From Candidatus Woesearchaeota archaeon (GTDB taxonomy: Archaea; Nanobdellota; Nanobdellia; Pacearchaeales; GW2011-AR1): a stretch of DNA of 64,000 bases. This document shows positions 26,559 through 34,598 of the stretch, piece after piece. The notes under the pieces were generated by a model that saw only the letters and a program-made list of their open reading frames with translations, was not told where the DNA came from and ran no database searches. The DNA is taken from the NCBI GenBank assembly GCA_964639615.1, contig CAZXHH010000001.1, forward strand, positions 207,247-271,246, written 5' to 3'. The position numbers and the translations under genes are program-made. The number at the start of each line of letters is the position of its first letter. Within the stretch, counting starts at the first letter, position 1.

Positions 26559-27515
26559 ATGGCACCACCAAAATCACCAAGAAAAGGAAGCTTACAATTC
26601 TGGCCTCGAAAGAGAGTCAGTAAATTTTTGCCTAGTGTAAACTGGAAAGCAATTAATTCTGGAAAAAATATTAAAGGTTTCATTGGATATAAAGCTGGAA
26701 TGTTTTCTGCTGAAGTAAAGGATTTAACTCCAAATTCAATGACTAAAGACAAAAGAATAATCATACCTGCTACACTAATTGAATGTCCTCCAATGAAGAT
26801 TTTCTCAGTAAGATTCTATAAAAACGGAAAAGTTGCCAATGAAGCAATCTTAGAACATGTTGATAAAGAGCTAAAAAGAAAGGTTAGATTACCAAAACAA
26901 AACAAAAACAATCTTGACTCAATAAAAACAGCAGATTTTGATGATTTGACTGTACTCGCTTATTCTCAGGTTAAAAAAACAAATGTTAAAAAAACACCAG
27001 ACATGACAGAAATGGGCATTGCTGGAAATTCTATTGATGAAAAATTAAACTTTGTTAAGGCACATTTAAACAAAGAAATTTCAATTGAAGAGGTTTTCTC
27101 TGCTGGAGAATTAGTTGATATTAGAGGTCTAACAACAGGAAAAGGTTTAGTAGGACCAGTTAAGAGATTTGGTATTACATTAAAATTCCATAAATCTGAA
27201 AAAGGTGTAAGAAGACCTGGTTCATTGGGTCCTTGGCATCCTGCTCGTGTAACATTCAAAGCTCCTATGGCAGGACAAATGGGAATGTTTACAAGAGTTC
27301 ATTATAATCAAAAAATATTAACTATGGCTAAAGCTGAAGAAACTGAAAAACAAATTAAAGGAATAAAAAATTATGGTGATGTTAAATCTGATTATATTTT
27401 GTTATATGGAAGTGTTCAGGGTCCTTCAAAGAGACAGTTATTAATGACTTCTTCTTTAAGACCAAGCAAAATGCAAAAGAAAAAAGTATTTGACTTCGTG
27501 GAGATGAAAAAATGA
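26559..27515 (+). CDS. rpl3: 50S ribosomal protein L3
   Basis: PRKGSLQFWPRKR, GYKAGM, GQMGMFTR. Confidence 0.97.
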   Translation: MAPPKSPRKGSLQFWPRKRVSKFLPSVNWKAINSGKNIKGFIGYKAGMFSAEVKDLTPNSMTKDKRIIIPATLIECPPMKIFSVRFYKNGKVANEAILEHVDKELKRKVRLPKQNKNNLDSIKTADFDDLTVLAYSQVKKTNVKKTPDMTEMGIAGNSIDEKLNFVKAHLNKEISIEEVFSAGELVDIRGLTTGKGLVGPVKRFGITLKFHKSEKGVRRPGSLGPWHPARVTFKAPMAGQMGMFTRVHYNQKILTMAKAEETEKQIKGIKNYGDVKSDYILLYGSVQGPSKRQLLMTSSLRPSKMQKKKVFDFVEMKK

Positions 27516-28267
27516 AATCAAAAATATTTGAATCACCAATAAGAGAAGATATTGTTTCAAAAGTTATAGAGGTAAAAAAGAGACAGCAACCATATTCGAA
27601 CGACCCAACTGCAGGTAAAAAACATTCTGCTAAAGGTTTAATCAAACATATGAGACATGTTTGGAGAAGCGGTTATGGAAGAGGGCAATCAAGAGTTCCA
27701 AGAAAAATCTTCTCAAGAAAAGGTTCACAATTTAACTGGCAGGGTGCTGAAGTTCCTCAAGCTAAGGGGGGTATGAGAGCTCATCCTCCAAAAATAACTC
27801 AATTCTTAAGAAATTTAAAAATTAATAAAAAAGAATTAGAAATCGCTTTTGCTTCTGCAATTGCAGCAACAGCGTCTGAAAAATATATACTTAAAAAATA
27901 TTCAACAATTGAAAAATTAGATAAAAAGGCTCCTTTTGTTGTTTCATCTGATTTAACAAAATTAAAAACAAAACAACTTTTAGCTGAATTAAAAAATACT
28001 CTTGGAAATTTATATGGAATTGCTTTAAAAGAAAAGTCGATTAGAGCAGGAAAAGGAAAATCAAGAGGAAGAAAATACAAATCAAATGCTGGAATGATTT
28101 TAGTTTTAGGAGATAAAGAAAAATTAAAGACTGGATTATTTGAAGTTAAAAGAGCAAATGAACTTAGTGTGATGGATTTAGCAAATGGTGGACTTGGAAG
28201 AGCAACAATTTATACTGAAAATGCAGTAAAAGAACTTGAAAACAAGTTCAAGGAGAATAAAAAATGA
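27512..28267 (+). CDS. rpl4: 50S ribosomal protein L4 (short N-terminus)
   Basis: GRGQSRVPR, GGMRAHPP; position after rpl3. Confidence 0.95.
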   Translation: MKSKIFESPIREDIVSKVIEVKKRQQPYSNDPTAGKKHSAKGLIKHMRHVWRSGYGRGQSRVPRKIFSRKGSQFNWQGAEVPQAKGGMRAHPPKITQFLRNLKINKKELEIAFASAIAATASEKYILKKYSTIEKLDKKAPFVVSSDLTKLKTKQLLAELKNTLGNLYGIALKEKSIRAGKGKSRGRKYKSNAGMILVLGDKEKLKTGLFEVKRANELSVMDLANGGLGRATIYTENAVKELENKFKENKK

Positions 28268-28506
28268 ATTTAACACCAATAGCAACAGAAAAAGCAATAA
28301 TGAAAATTGAAGCAGAGAATATAATCACATTCAGTGTTGAAGAAAAAACAACAAAGGCAGAAATAAAAAAAGAAGTTGAAGAATTATTCAAAGTCAAAGT
28401 TCAAAAAATAAGAACTAGTGTAAGACACAATAAAAAAATAGCTTATGTTCAATTAAATAAAAAAGATTTAGCAATAGATTTAGCAACTAAATTAGGATTA
28501 ATGTAA
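28264..28506 (+). CDS. rpl23: 50S ribosomal protein L23
   Basis: PIATEKA, IKKEVEELFKVKV, KKIAYVQL. Confidence 0.95.
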   Translation: MNLTPIATEKAIMKIEAENIITFSVEEKTTKAEIKKEVEELFKVKVQKIRTSVRHNKKIAYVQLNKKDLAIDLATKLGLM

Positions 28507-28511
28507 ATAAA

Positions 28512-28556
28512 ATGAAAAATAAATTTTTCAATACAAAATTAGGAGATTTTGCATAA
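28512..28556 (+). CDS. Candidate micro-ORF 1 (MKNKFFNTKLGDFA), TAATG-coupled to rpl2
   Basis: Hand translation; starts 5 nt after the rpl23 stop; homologous to micro-ORFs 2 and 3. Confidence 0.55.
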   Translation: MKNKFFNTKLGDFA

Positions 28557-28558
28557 TG
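28531..28558 (+). repeat. Dispersed 28-nt repeat / hairpin, copy 1
   Basis: ATACAAAATTAGGAGATTTTGCATAATG. Confidence 0.95.
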
Positions 28559-29254
28559 GGAAAGACAATTATTCAACAGGCGCGTGGGCATGGAAGTTTA
28601 ACTTATAGAGCAAAGCCAACTTCATTTATTTATAAAATTCAATATCCAAATAAACTTGAAGGAGAAGGTACAGTGATTAGATTGCTAAGTTCTCCTGCAC
28701 ATTCTGCACCGTTAGCAAAAATAATTCATAAAGGGGAATCATTTTACATTCCTGCATTTAAAGGAATGATAGAAGGGCAAAAAATATCCTTTAGCTCTGG
28801 AGAAATAAAATCTGGAAATATTCTTCCTTTAGCAAAGATTCCATTAAAGACTCAAGTTTATTGTATTGAAGCTCACCCTGGAGATGGTGGAAAATTCATA
28901 AAGACTGGGGGAAATGCTGCAGTTGTAAGTAGAATTATTGGAGACAAAATATTGTTAATGCTTCCTTCAAAAAAAGAAAAAGCTTTCAATTCAAAATGTA
29001 GGGCTGTAATAGGACAAATTGCAGGACATGGGAGATTAGAAAAGCCAGTAGTTAAGGCAGGTAAAATGCATTATATTAAAAAAATCAAAAATAAATTATG
29101 GCCAAGAACAAGTGCACTTAAGATGAATGCAATTGATCATCCTTTCGGCTCAGGTAGAGGAAAGAATATTAAAAGCAAGATTGCCAAGAGAAATGCACCT
29201 GCTGGAAGAAAAGTTGGTCTATTGAGTCCAAGAAGGACAGGAAAAATGAAGTAA
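28556..29254 (+). CDS. rpl2: 50S ribosomal protein L2
   Basis: MGKTIIQQARGHGS, MNAIDHPFGSG, AGRKVG. Confidence 0.97.
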   Translation: MGKTIIQQARGHGSLTYRAKPTSFIYKIQYPNKLEGEGTVIRLLSSPAHSAPLAKIIHKGESFYIPAFKGMIEGQKISFSSGEIKSGNILPLAKIPLKTQVYCIEAHPGDGGKFIKTGGNAAVVSRIIGDKILLMLPSKKEKAFNSKCRAVIGQIAGHGRLEKPVVKAGKMHYIKKIKNKLWPRTSALKMNAIDHPFGSGRGKNIKSKIAKRNAPAGRKVGLLSPRRTGKMK

Positions 29255-29255
29255 A

Positions 29256-29651
29256 ATGGAAGTACAGAAAAAACAATTTATTTATCGAGGGAAAACAGTT
29301 GATGAATTAAAAAATTTAGAAGTTAGAGAATTTGCAAAATATCTTCCTTCAAGACAGAGAAGAACTGTGTTGAGAAATTTCCAAGTAATTGAAGATTTCT
29401 TAAAAAGAGCTAAAGAAAAACTTGACAAAGGAAAGAAAATCAAAACTCATTCAAGAGATATTATAATTGTTCCGCAGATGGTTGGAATGAATATTCAAAT
29501 TTATAACGGAAAAGTTTTCAATCCAGTTTTAATTGAACCTGAAATGCTTGGACACAGATTAGGTGAAATGTCAGGAACACGTTCAAAAGTAGCTCACAGT
29601 AAAGCAGGAATAGGAGCAACAAAGGGAAGCAAACACAAAGCTAAGAAATAA
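29256..29651 (+). CDS. rps19: 30S ribosomal protein S19
   Basis: IKTHSRDIIIVPQMVG, EMLGHRLGE. Confidence 0.97.
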   Translation: MEVQKKQFIYRGKTVDELKNLEVREFAKYLPSRQRRTVLRNFQVIEDFLKRAKEKLDKGKKIKTHSRDIIIVPQMVGMNIQIYNGKVFNPVLIEPEMLGHRLGEMSGTRSKVAHSKAGIGATKGSKHKAKK

Positions 29652-29652
29652 A

Positions 29653-30288
29653 ATGGAAAAACAATACGCACCATCAAAATTAGATAAGAAAGCACAAAAA
29701 AATATTACAGAAAAAGTAGTTAATGCTCCATTAAAAAATGAGAACAAAGAAAAAGTTGAAGATAAAAAAGTGCAAGAAGAAAAAGTTGAAGAACAAAAAA
29801 TTGTAGACGAGAAAACAACAAAAACAGACAAAAAAGAAATTAAAAAACCTGCAAAAAAAATCAAGAAAGATGAAGTTTATGTTAATGCTCACAGCGTTCA
29901 TGTATCGACAAAATATGCAATTAACATTTGCAAATTTGTAAAAGGAAAAAGAATTGGAGATGCAATAAGAGATTTAGAACAAGTTGCATTGTTAAAAAAA
30001 CCTGTTCCAATGAAAGGAGAATATTCACATAAAAAAGGAAAAGGAATGAGTGGTGGAGCTTACCCTCAAAGAGCAGCAAAACAATTCATAGTATTGCTAA
30101 AGAGCCTAGCTGGAAACGCAAACAATCATGAAATTGTTGAACCAATAATTGTTGAAGCAAGTGCAAATTGGGCACCTGCACCAAGAGGAAGATTTGGAAG
30201 AGTGAGAAGAAAAAGAACACACATAATGCTTAAAGCAGTTGAAATGAAAATTAAAGAAAATAAAAAGGAGAAAAAAATAACAAATTAA
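29653..30288 (+). CDS. rpl22: 50S ribosomal protein L22 with Lys/Glu-rich N-terminal extension
   Basis: STKYAINICKFVKGK, GAYPQRAAK, RKRTHI. Confidence 0.95.
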   Translation: MEKQYAPSKLDKKAQKNITEKVVNAPLKNENKEKVEDKKVQEEKVEEQKIVDEKTTKTDKKEIKKPAKKIKKDEVYVNAHSVHVSTKYAINICKFVKGKRIGDAIRDLEQVALLKKPVPMKGEYSHKKGKGMSGGAYPQRAAKQFIVLLKSLAGNANNHEIVEPIIVEASANWAPAPRGRFGRVRRKRTHIMLKAVEMKIKENKKEKKITN

Positions 30289-30289
30289 A

Positions 30290-30964
30290 ATGGAAGAAAA
30301 ACAAACAGTAAAATTCAAGAAAGATGAATTCGCAATCAAAGAATCTGTAAAAAAGATGCTTGGTAAAGGAAAAGTTAGCAAAGTTAGAATCGAATATACT
30401 CCTGTTGGAGAAAAAATAATAATCTCTTCGAATAAACCAGGTTTAATTATCGGTAGAGGCGGAGAAAAATTAAATGAAATTACAGAATTTTTGAAAAAGA
30501 ATTTCAAATTTGAAAATCTTCATTTAGATGTTGAAGAAATCACTGAACCAGAATTTGATGCTCAAATAATTGCTGATGAAATCGCATTAGGTCTTGAAAG
30601 ATTTGGACCTTTAAAATTCAAAATCCTTGCATACAGAAGTCTTGAAAAGGTAATGAAAGCTGGAGCGCTTGGATGTGAAATAAGATTAAGTGGAAAACTA
30701 CCAAGCTCAAGAGCAAAGACCTGGAGATTTGCACAAGGTTATCTTAAAAAAACAGGAGATAGCGCTAAAGTTGTTGATAGAGCACAATCAAGAGCAGAAA
30801 CAAAACCTGGAACAGTGGGCATAAAAGTTTCAATATTATCTCCACATGCAATATTAAAAGATAAAATAACTATCGACGACTCTCTACGACAAAGTCTAAA
30901 ATCAAATGAAAATGAATTTGAAAACAAACCAACTAAAAAATTAAGAAAAAATAAGGTAAAATAA
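30290..30964 (+). CDS. rps3: 30S ribosomal protein S3
   Basis: KH domain KPGLIIGRGG; GALGCEIRLSGKL; GTVGIKV. Confidence 0.97.
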   Translation: MEEKQTVKFKKDEFAIKESVKKMLGKGKVSKVRIEYTPVGEKIIISSNKPGLIIGRGGEKLNEITEFLKKNFKFENLHLDVEEITEPEFDAQIIADEIALGLERFGPLKFKILAYRSLEKVMKAGALGCEIRLSGKLPSSRAKTWRFAQGYLKKTGDSAKVVDRAQSRAETKPGTVGIKVSILSPHAILKDKITIDDSLRQSLKSNENEFENKPTKKLRKNKVK

Positions 30965-30965
30965 A

Positions 30966-31157
30966 ATGAAGTACAAAGAAATTACAAAAATGAACGATGA
31001 AGAACGAGAGAAAAAATTAAAGGACCTTAAAGTGGAATTAATAAAATCTAAAACAAAAGCTTCAAAAACAGGAAGTGCAAATACAAAAAATATAAGAAAA
31101 ACAATTGCACAAATTTTAACATTCAATACCTCTAAAAAGGGGGTGTTGAATAAATAA
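30966..31157 (+). CDS. rpl29: 50S ribosomal protein L29
   Basis: KLKDLKVEL..IRKTIAQILT; position after rps3. Confidence 0.92.
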   Translation: MKYKEITKMNDEEREKKLKDLKVELIKSKTKASKTGSANTKNIRKTIAQILTFNTSKKGVLNK

Positions 31158-31161
31158 AGAA

Positions 31162-31461
31162 ATGGAAATAGATCCAAAAACAGGATTGCCGTTAGCGGCA
31201 ATAGAATGGGAAAACCTCACAAGGGGTTCGCAAAGAATAAGCGTAACAACCGACAAGAAAAGATACGGAAAAATTGTTACACTTGTCAGCGGATTCGATA
31301 AAAGCGTCGATGTGAAAAAAATCGCAAAGGCTCTCAAAAACGAGCTTGCATGCGGTGGAACATTCAAGAACGACGTGATTGAGCTGCAAGGAGACCACAT
31401 GAAGAAGATAAAACCTCTTCTTATCAAGATGGGTTTCGAAAACAACTCAATAGAGGATTAA
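31162..31461 (+). CDS. sui1: Translation initiation factor aIF1 (SUI1/YciH)
   Basis: KKRYGKIVTLVSG, LKNELACGGT, IELQGDH. Confidence 0.95.
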   Translation: MEIDPKTGLPLAAIEWENLTRGSQRISVTTDKKRYGKIVTLVSGFDKSVDVKKIAKALKNELACGGTFKNDVIELQGDHMKKIKPLLIKMGFENNSIED

Positions 31462-31481
31462 ACCTTCCTAACAAAAACAAA

Positions 31482-31841
31482 ATGGAAAAGAAACAAAAAA
31501 CAAAAGTAGAAGCAAAACACAAAATTGAAAAAACAACAAATTTAGCGAATGCTGGAATTGTTGACGAAAGAGTTGGAACTAGAGGAAGAATATTCGAAGG
31601 AATAGTAACTAAAAAATTCCCAAAAAGAATTGTTCTTGAATTCGAAAGAATGATTTATGTTAGAAAATATGAAAGATATGCAAAATTAAAAACTAAAATC
31701 CACGCAAGGCTTCCAGTTGAAATGGAAAATCAAATTAATGTTGGAGATTTAATCAGAGTTCACGAATGCAGACCATTAAGCAAAATCATCCACTTCGTAG
31801 TTATTGAAAAATTAAAAGATGTTTCAGAGGTAAGAAAATAA
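31482..31841 (+). CDS. rps17: 30S ribosomal protein S17
   Basis: RGRIFEGIV, KYERY, ECRPLSK..HFVV. Confidence 0.96.
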   Translation: MEKKQKTKVEAKHKIEKTTNLANAGIVDERVGTRGRIFEGIVTKKFPKRIVLEFERMIYVRKYERYAKLKTKIHARLPVEMENQINVGDLIRVHECRPLSKIIHFVVIEKLKDVSEVRK

Positions 31842-31842
31842 A

Positions 31843-31884
31843 ATGAATAAAATAAAAGATACAAAATCAGGAGATTTTGCATAA
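31843..31884 (+). CDS. Candidate micro-ORF 2 (MNKIKDTKSGDFA), TAATG-coupled to rpl14
   Basis: Hand translation; starts 1 nt after the rps17 stop (TAAAATG, the operon's usual junction). Confidence 0.55.
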   Translation: MNKIKDTKSGDFA

Positions 31885-31886
31885 TG
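31859..31886 (+). repeat. Dispersed 28-nt repeat / hairpin, copy 2
   Basis: ATACAAAATCAGGAGATTTTGCATAATG. Confidence 0.95.
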
Positions 31887-32285
31887 AAAGCAATAAGTGC
31901 AAAAGGAACACAAGGACTAAATTTAGGAGCATTGGTAGTTGCTGCCGATAATAGTGGTGCAAAAATCGTAAAATTAGTTTCAGTTAAAAAATCAAAAGCT
32001 AAAAAAGGAAAACAAACTGCTGCAAAAATTGCAGATTGGGTAAAAGTATCTGTAAGAAAAGGTGTTCCAGATATGAAAGGAAAAGTTTTCGATGCAGTTG
32101 TTATAAGACAAAGAAAACCTTACAGAAGATTAAATGGAGAGAGAATTGCATTCGAAGATAATGCTGTTGCAATAATGAAAGATGAAAAAGGAAATCCAAA
32201 AGGAACTCAAATTAAAGGTCCAATATCAAGGGAGGTTCAGGAGAGATGGGCACAAGTTGCTAAAATAGCTCCGATGGTATACTAA
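31884..32285 (+). CDS. rpl14: 50S ribosomal protein L14
   Basis: ADNSGAK, FEDNAVAI, PKGTQIKGPI. Confidence 0.97.
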   Translation: MKAISAKGTQGLNLGALVVAADNSGAKIVKLVSVKKSKAKKGKQTAAKIADWVKVSVRKGVPDMKGKVFDAVVIRQRKPYRRLNGERIAFEDNAVAIMKDEKGNPKGTQIKGPISREVQERWAQVAKIAPMVY

Positions 32286-32286
32286 A

Positions 32287-32739
32287 ATGGAAAAAGAATT
32301 TTCAACACATTGGAAAGCAAGTTCTCAGCCAAGAAAGCAGAGAAAATATTTAGCTAACGCTCCGCTTCATTTAAGAAAAAAATTCGTAAGTATTAACTTA
32401 TCAAAAGAATTAAGAAAAAAATTCGGAAAAAGAAATATTCCTGCAAAGAAAGGCGATAAAGTTAAAGTATGTGTTGGAAAATTCAAAGGAAAAACAGGAA
32501 AAATACTCTCTGTAAATTTAAGAACTTCAAAAGTTGTTGTTGAAGAAATGCAGGTTAAGAAGATGGATGGTTCAAAGGCAAATGTTAAATTACAACCTTC
32601 AAATCTTCAGATTATAGAATCTGCAGAAAGAAAGATTGTTAAAAAAGAAGAAAATAAAGTTCAAAAAAGCAATGAAAAAACAGAAACAACTAAAAAGGAA
32701 ACAAAAACTAAAGTTAAATCAGGAGAAAATAAAAAATGA
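32287..32739 (+). CDS. rpl24: 50S ribosomal protein L24 with Lys-rich tail
   Basis: SSQPRKQRK, GDKVKVCVGKFKG KOW motif, PSNLQI. Confidence 0.96.
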   Translation: MEKEFSTHWKASSQPRKQRKYLANAPLHLRKKFVSINLSKELRKKFGKRNIPAKKGDKVKVCVGKFKGKTGKILSVNLRTSKVVVEEMQVKKMDGSKANVKLQPSNLQIIESAERKIVKKEENKVQKSNEKTETTKKETKTKVKSGENKK

Positions 32740-33386
32740 GTCACCTAAAAAGACATGCTGTGCCTAAAAGTTGGCCAATAGAAAGAAAAGGAACTACTTT
32801 TGTAGTTAAACCTAATTTAGGATTTGCAGACTCTCTCCCTGTTTTAGTTTTATTAAGAGATTTGCTTAAAGTTGCTAACAACAGAAAAGAAGTCAAAAAA
32901 ATGATTCATATGAAAAACCTTCTTATTAATGGAAGACCTATCAGAGATGAAAAAGAAGGAGTATTGCTCTTCGATGTAATTACACTTGTTCCTTCAAACA
33001 AACACTACAAACTTACAATACTTAAAAACGAAAAATTAAATGCTGAAGAAGTAAAAGAAAACGAATCAAATACAAAAATTGCAAAGATTGTTGATAAAAA
33101 AATGCTAAAAGGAAAGAAAGTTCAACTTAATTTAAGTGATGGAAGAAATTTCCTTTCAGATATAAAATGTAAAGTCGACGATTCTGTTGTAATAAATTTA
33201 AAAAATAAAAAAATTGAAAAATGTCTACCATTTACTGAAAATTCAGAAGCAATGGTCTTCGCTGGAAAACACTCTGGAGAAAAAGGAAAAATCGAAAACA
33301 TTAATCAAGAAAGAAAAATTGCACAGATAAACAATGGGAAAGAAACAATCAATGTATTAATTAAACAACTTATGATAATCAAATAA
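32736..33386 (+). CDS. rps4e: 30S ribosomal protein S4e
   Basis: HLKRHAVPKSW, QLNLSDGRN, GKHSGEKG. Confidence 0.95.
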   Translation: MSHLKRHAVPKSWPIERKGTTFVVKPNLGFADSLPVLVLLRDLLKVANNRKEVKKMIHMKNLLINGRPIRDEKEGVLLFDVITLVPSNKHYKLTILKNEKLNAEEVKENESNTKIAKIVDKKMLKGKKVQLNLSDGRNFLSDIKCKVDDSVVINLKNKKIEKCLPFTENSEAMVFAGKHSGEKGKIENINQERKIAQINNGKETINVLIKQLMIIK

Positions 33387-33387
33387 A

Positions 33388-33918
33388 ATGAAAACTGAAA
33401 CAAAAATGAAAAAAAACGAGAATGAAAATGTTATGAGAAAAGTAAGAATAGATAAAATTGTATTAAATGTAGGTGGAACAGCGGATGCTCTTGAAAAAGG
33501 ATTCAAATTATTAAAATATATAACTAAAGAAAAACCTGCAAAGATTAAATCAAATAAAAGAATTCCTACTTGGGGAGTTAGACCAGGCCTAGAAGTTGGA
33601 GCAGTTGTAACATTAAGAAAAAATTATACAGATTTGCTTAAAAGAATACTTACAAGCATAGACAATACTTTAAGAAAAAAACAAGTAAGCGAAAATAATT
33701 TTTCATTCGGAATAAAAGAATATATTGAAATACCGGGAATCGAATACCAAAGAGACATTGGAATTATAGGATTTGATGTTACTGTAGTATTCAAAAGAAG
33801 CGGAAGAAGAGTTGGATTAAGAAAAATGAAACAAGGGAAAGTTTCAAAAAAACAAATAATTTCAAAGGAAGAAATAATTAAATTTATGGAAGAGAATTTC
33901 CAAACTAAATTTATATAA
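33388..33918 (+). CDS. rpl5: 50S ribosomal protein L5
   Basis: IDKIVLNVG, GNFSFGI-like NNFSFGIKEYIEIPG, GFDV. Confidence 0.96.
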   Translation: MKTETKMKKNENENVMRKVRIDKIVLNVGGTADALEKGFKLLKYITKEKPAKIKSNKRIPTWGVRPGLEVGAVVTLRKNYTDLLKRILTSIDNTLRKKQVSENNFSFGIKEYIEIPGIEYQRDIGIIGFDVTVVFKRSGRRVGLRKMKQGKVSKKQIISKEEIIKFMEENFQTKFI

Positions 33919-33927
33919 GGAGACAAA

Positions 33928-34158
33928 ATGACTGCAAGTGATTGGAAAAAAATACTAAAACAACTGGATGCAAAACCAGTTATTAAACAGAAATATATTA
34001 AACACAACGAACCAAAGAAGAGAAAAACAGGAATCTCTGTAAAAAAATGTGAGAGATGCGGAAGATTTGGAGCACATATAAAATCATACGGATTAAATTT
34101 ATGCCGACACTGCTTTAGGGAAATAGCAGTTGAAATCGGTTTTCAAAAATATAGTTAA
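33928..34158 (+). CDS. rps14: 30S ribosomal protein S14 (Zn-binding)
   Basis: CERC..YGLNLCRHCFRE. Confidence 0.95.
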   Translation: MTASDWKKILKQLDAKPVIKQKYIKHNEPKKRKTGISVKKCERCGRFGAHIKSYGLNLCRHCFREIAVEIGFQKYS

Positions 34159-34159
34159 A

Positions 34160-34540
34160 ATGTCACACGATGTAGTTGCTGATGCACTAAATATGATAAA
34201 GAATGCCAAGATGGCAGGAAAGGAAAATATTGAGATTAAATTAATTTCAAATCTACTTATAGAAATATTAAAGATAATGAAACAAGAAAAAGCAATAAAG
34301 AAATACAAAATTGATGCTAAAGAAAAATCAATTAGTTTAACAATTGGAGAGATTACTGATTGTAAGGGAATAAAGCCAAGATTTAGTTGCGATAAATCTC
34401 AGATTGAAAAGTATAGAAGAAGATATTTGCCTGCTAGAAATATGGGAACACTTATTATATCTACAAACAAAGGATTAATGACTCACAAGGAAGCTCAAGA
34501 AGAAGGAATAGGAGGATGCGTTGTAGCATATTTCTATTAA
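34160..34540 (+). CDS. rps8: 30S ribosomal protein S8
   Basis: D.VADALNMIKNA, YLPARNMG.LIIST.KGLMTH; start moved to Met11 of the track ORF. Confidence 0.96.
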   Translation: MSHDVVADALNMIKNAKMAGKENIEIKLISNLLIEILKIMKQEKAIKKYKIDAKEKSISLTIGEITDCKGIKPRFSCDKSQIEKYRRRYLPARNMGTLIISTNKGLMTHKEAQEEGIGGCVVAYFY

Positions 34541-34545
34541 ATAAA

Positions 34546-34596
34546 ATGAAAAACAATAAATTTTTCTACGATACAAAATCAGGAGATTTTGCATAA
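34546..34596 (+). CDS. Candidate micro-ORF 3 (MKNNKFFYDTKSGDFA), TAATG-coupled to rpl6
   Basis: Hand translation; starts 5 nt after the rps8 stop; differs from micro-ORF 1 by in-frame codon indels. Confidence 0.55.
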   Translation: MKNNKFFYDTKSGDFA

Positions 34597-34598
34597 TG
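34571..34598 (+). repeat. Dispersed 28-nt repeat / hairpin, copy 3
   Basis: ATACAAAATCAGGAGATTTTGCATAATG, identical to copy 2. Confidence 0.95.

Noticed and set aside
29653-29860. Lys/Glu-rich extensions on L22, S17, S5, L15 and L32e as separate domains
   Set aside because: Low-complexity tails without a motif; such extensions are common in this kind of genome.
28531-34598. The three 28-nt repeats as a CRISPR array
   Set aside because: Copies are 2.7-3.3 kb apart, separated by ribosomal genes; no spacer periodicity and no cas genes.
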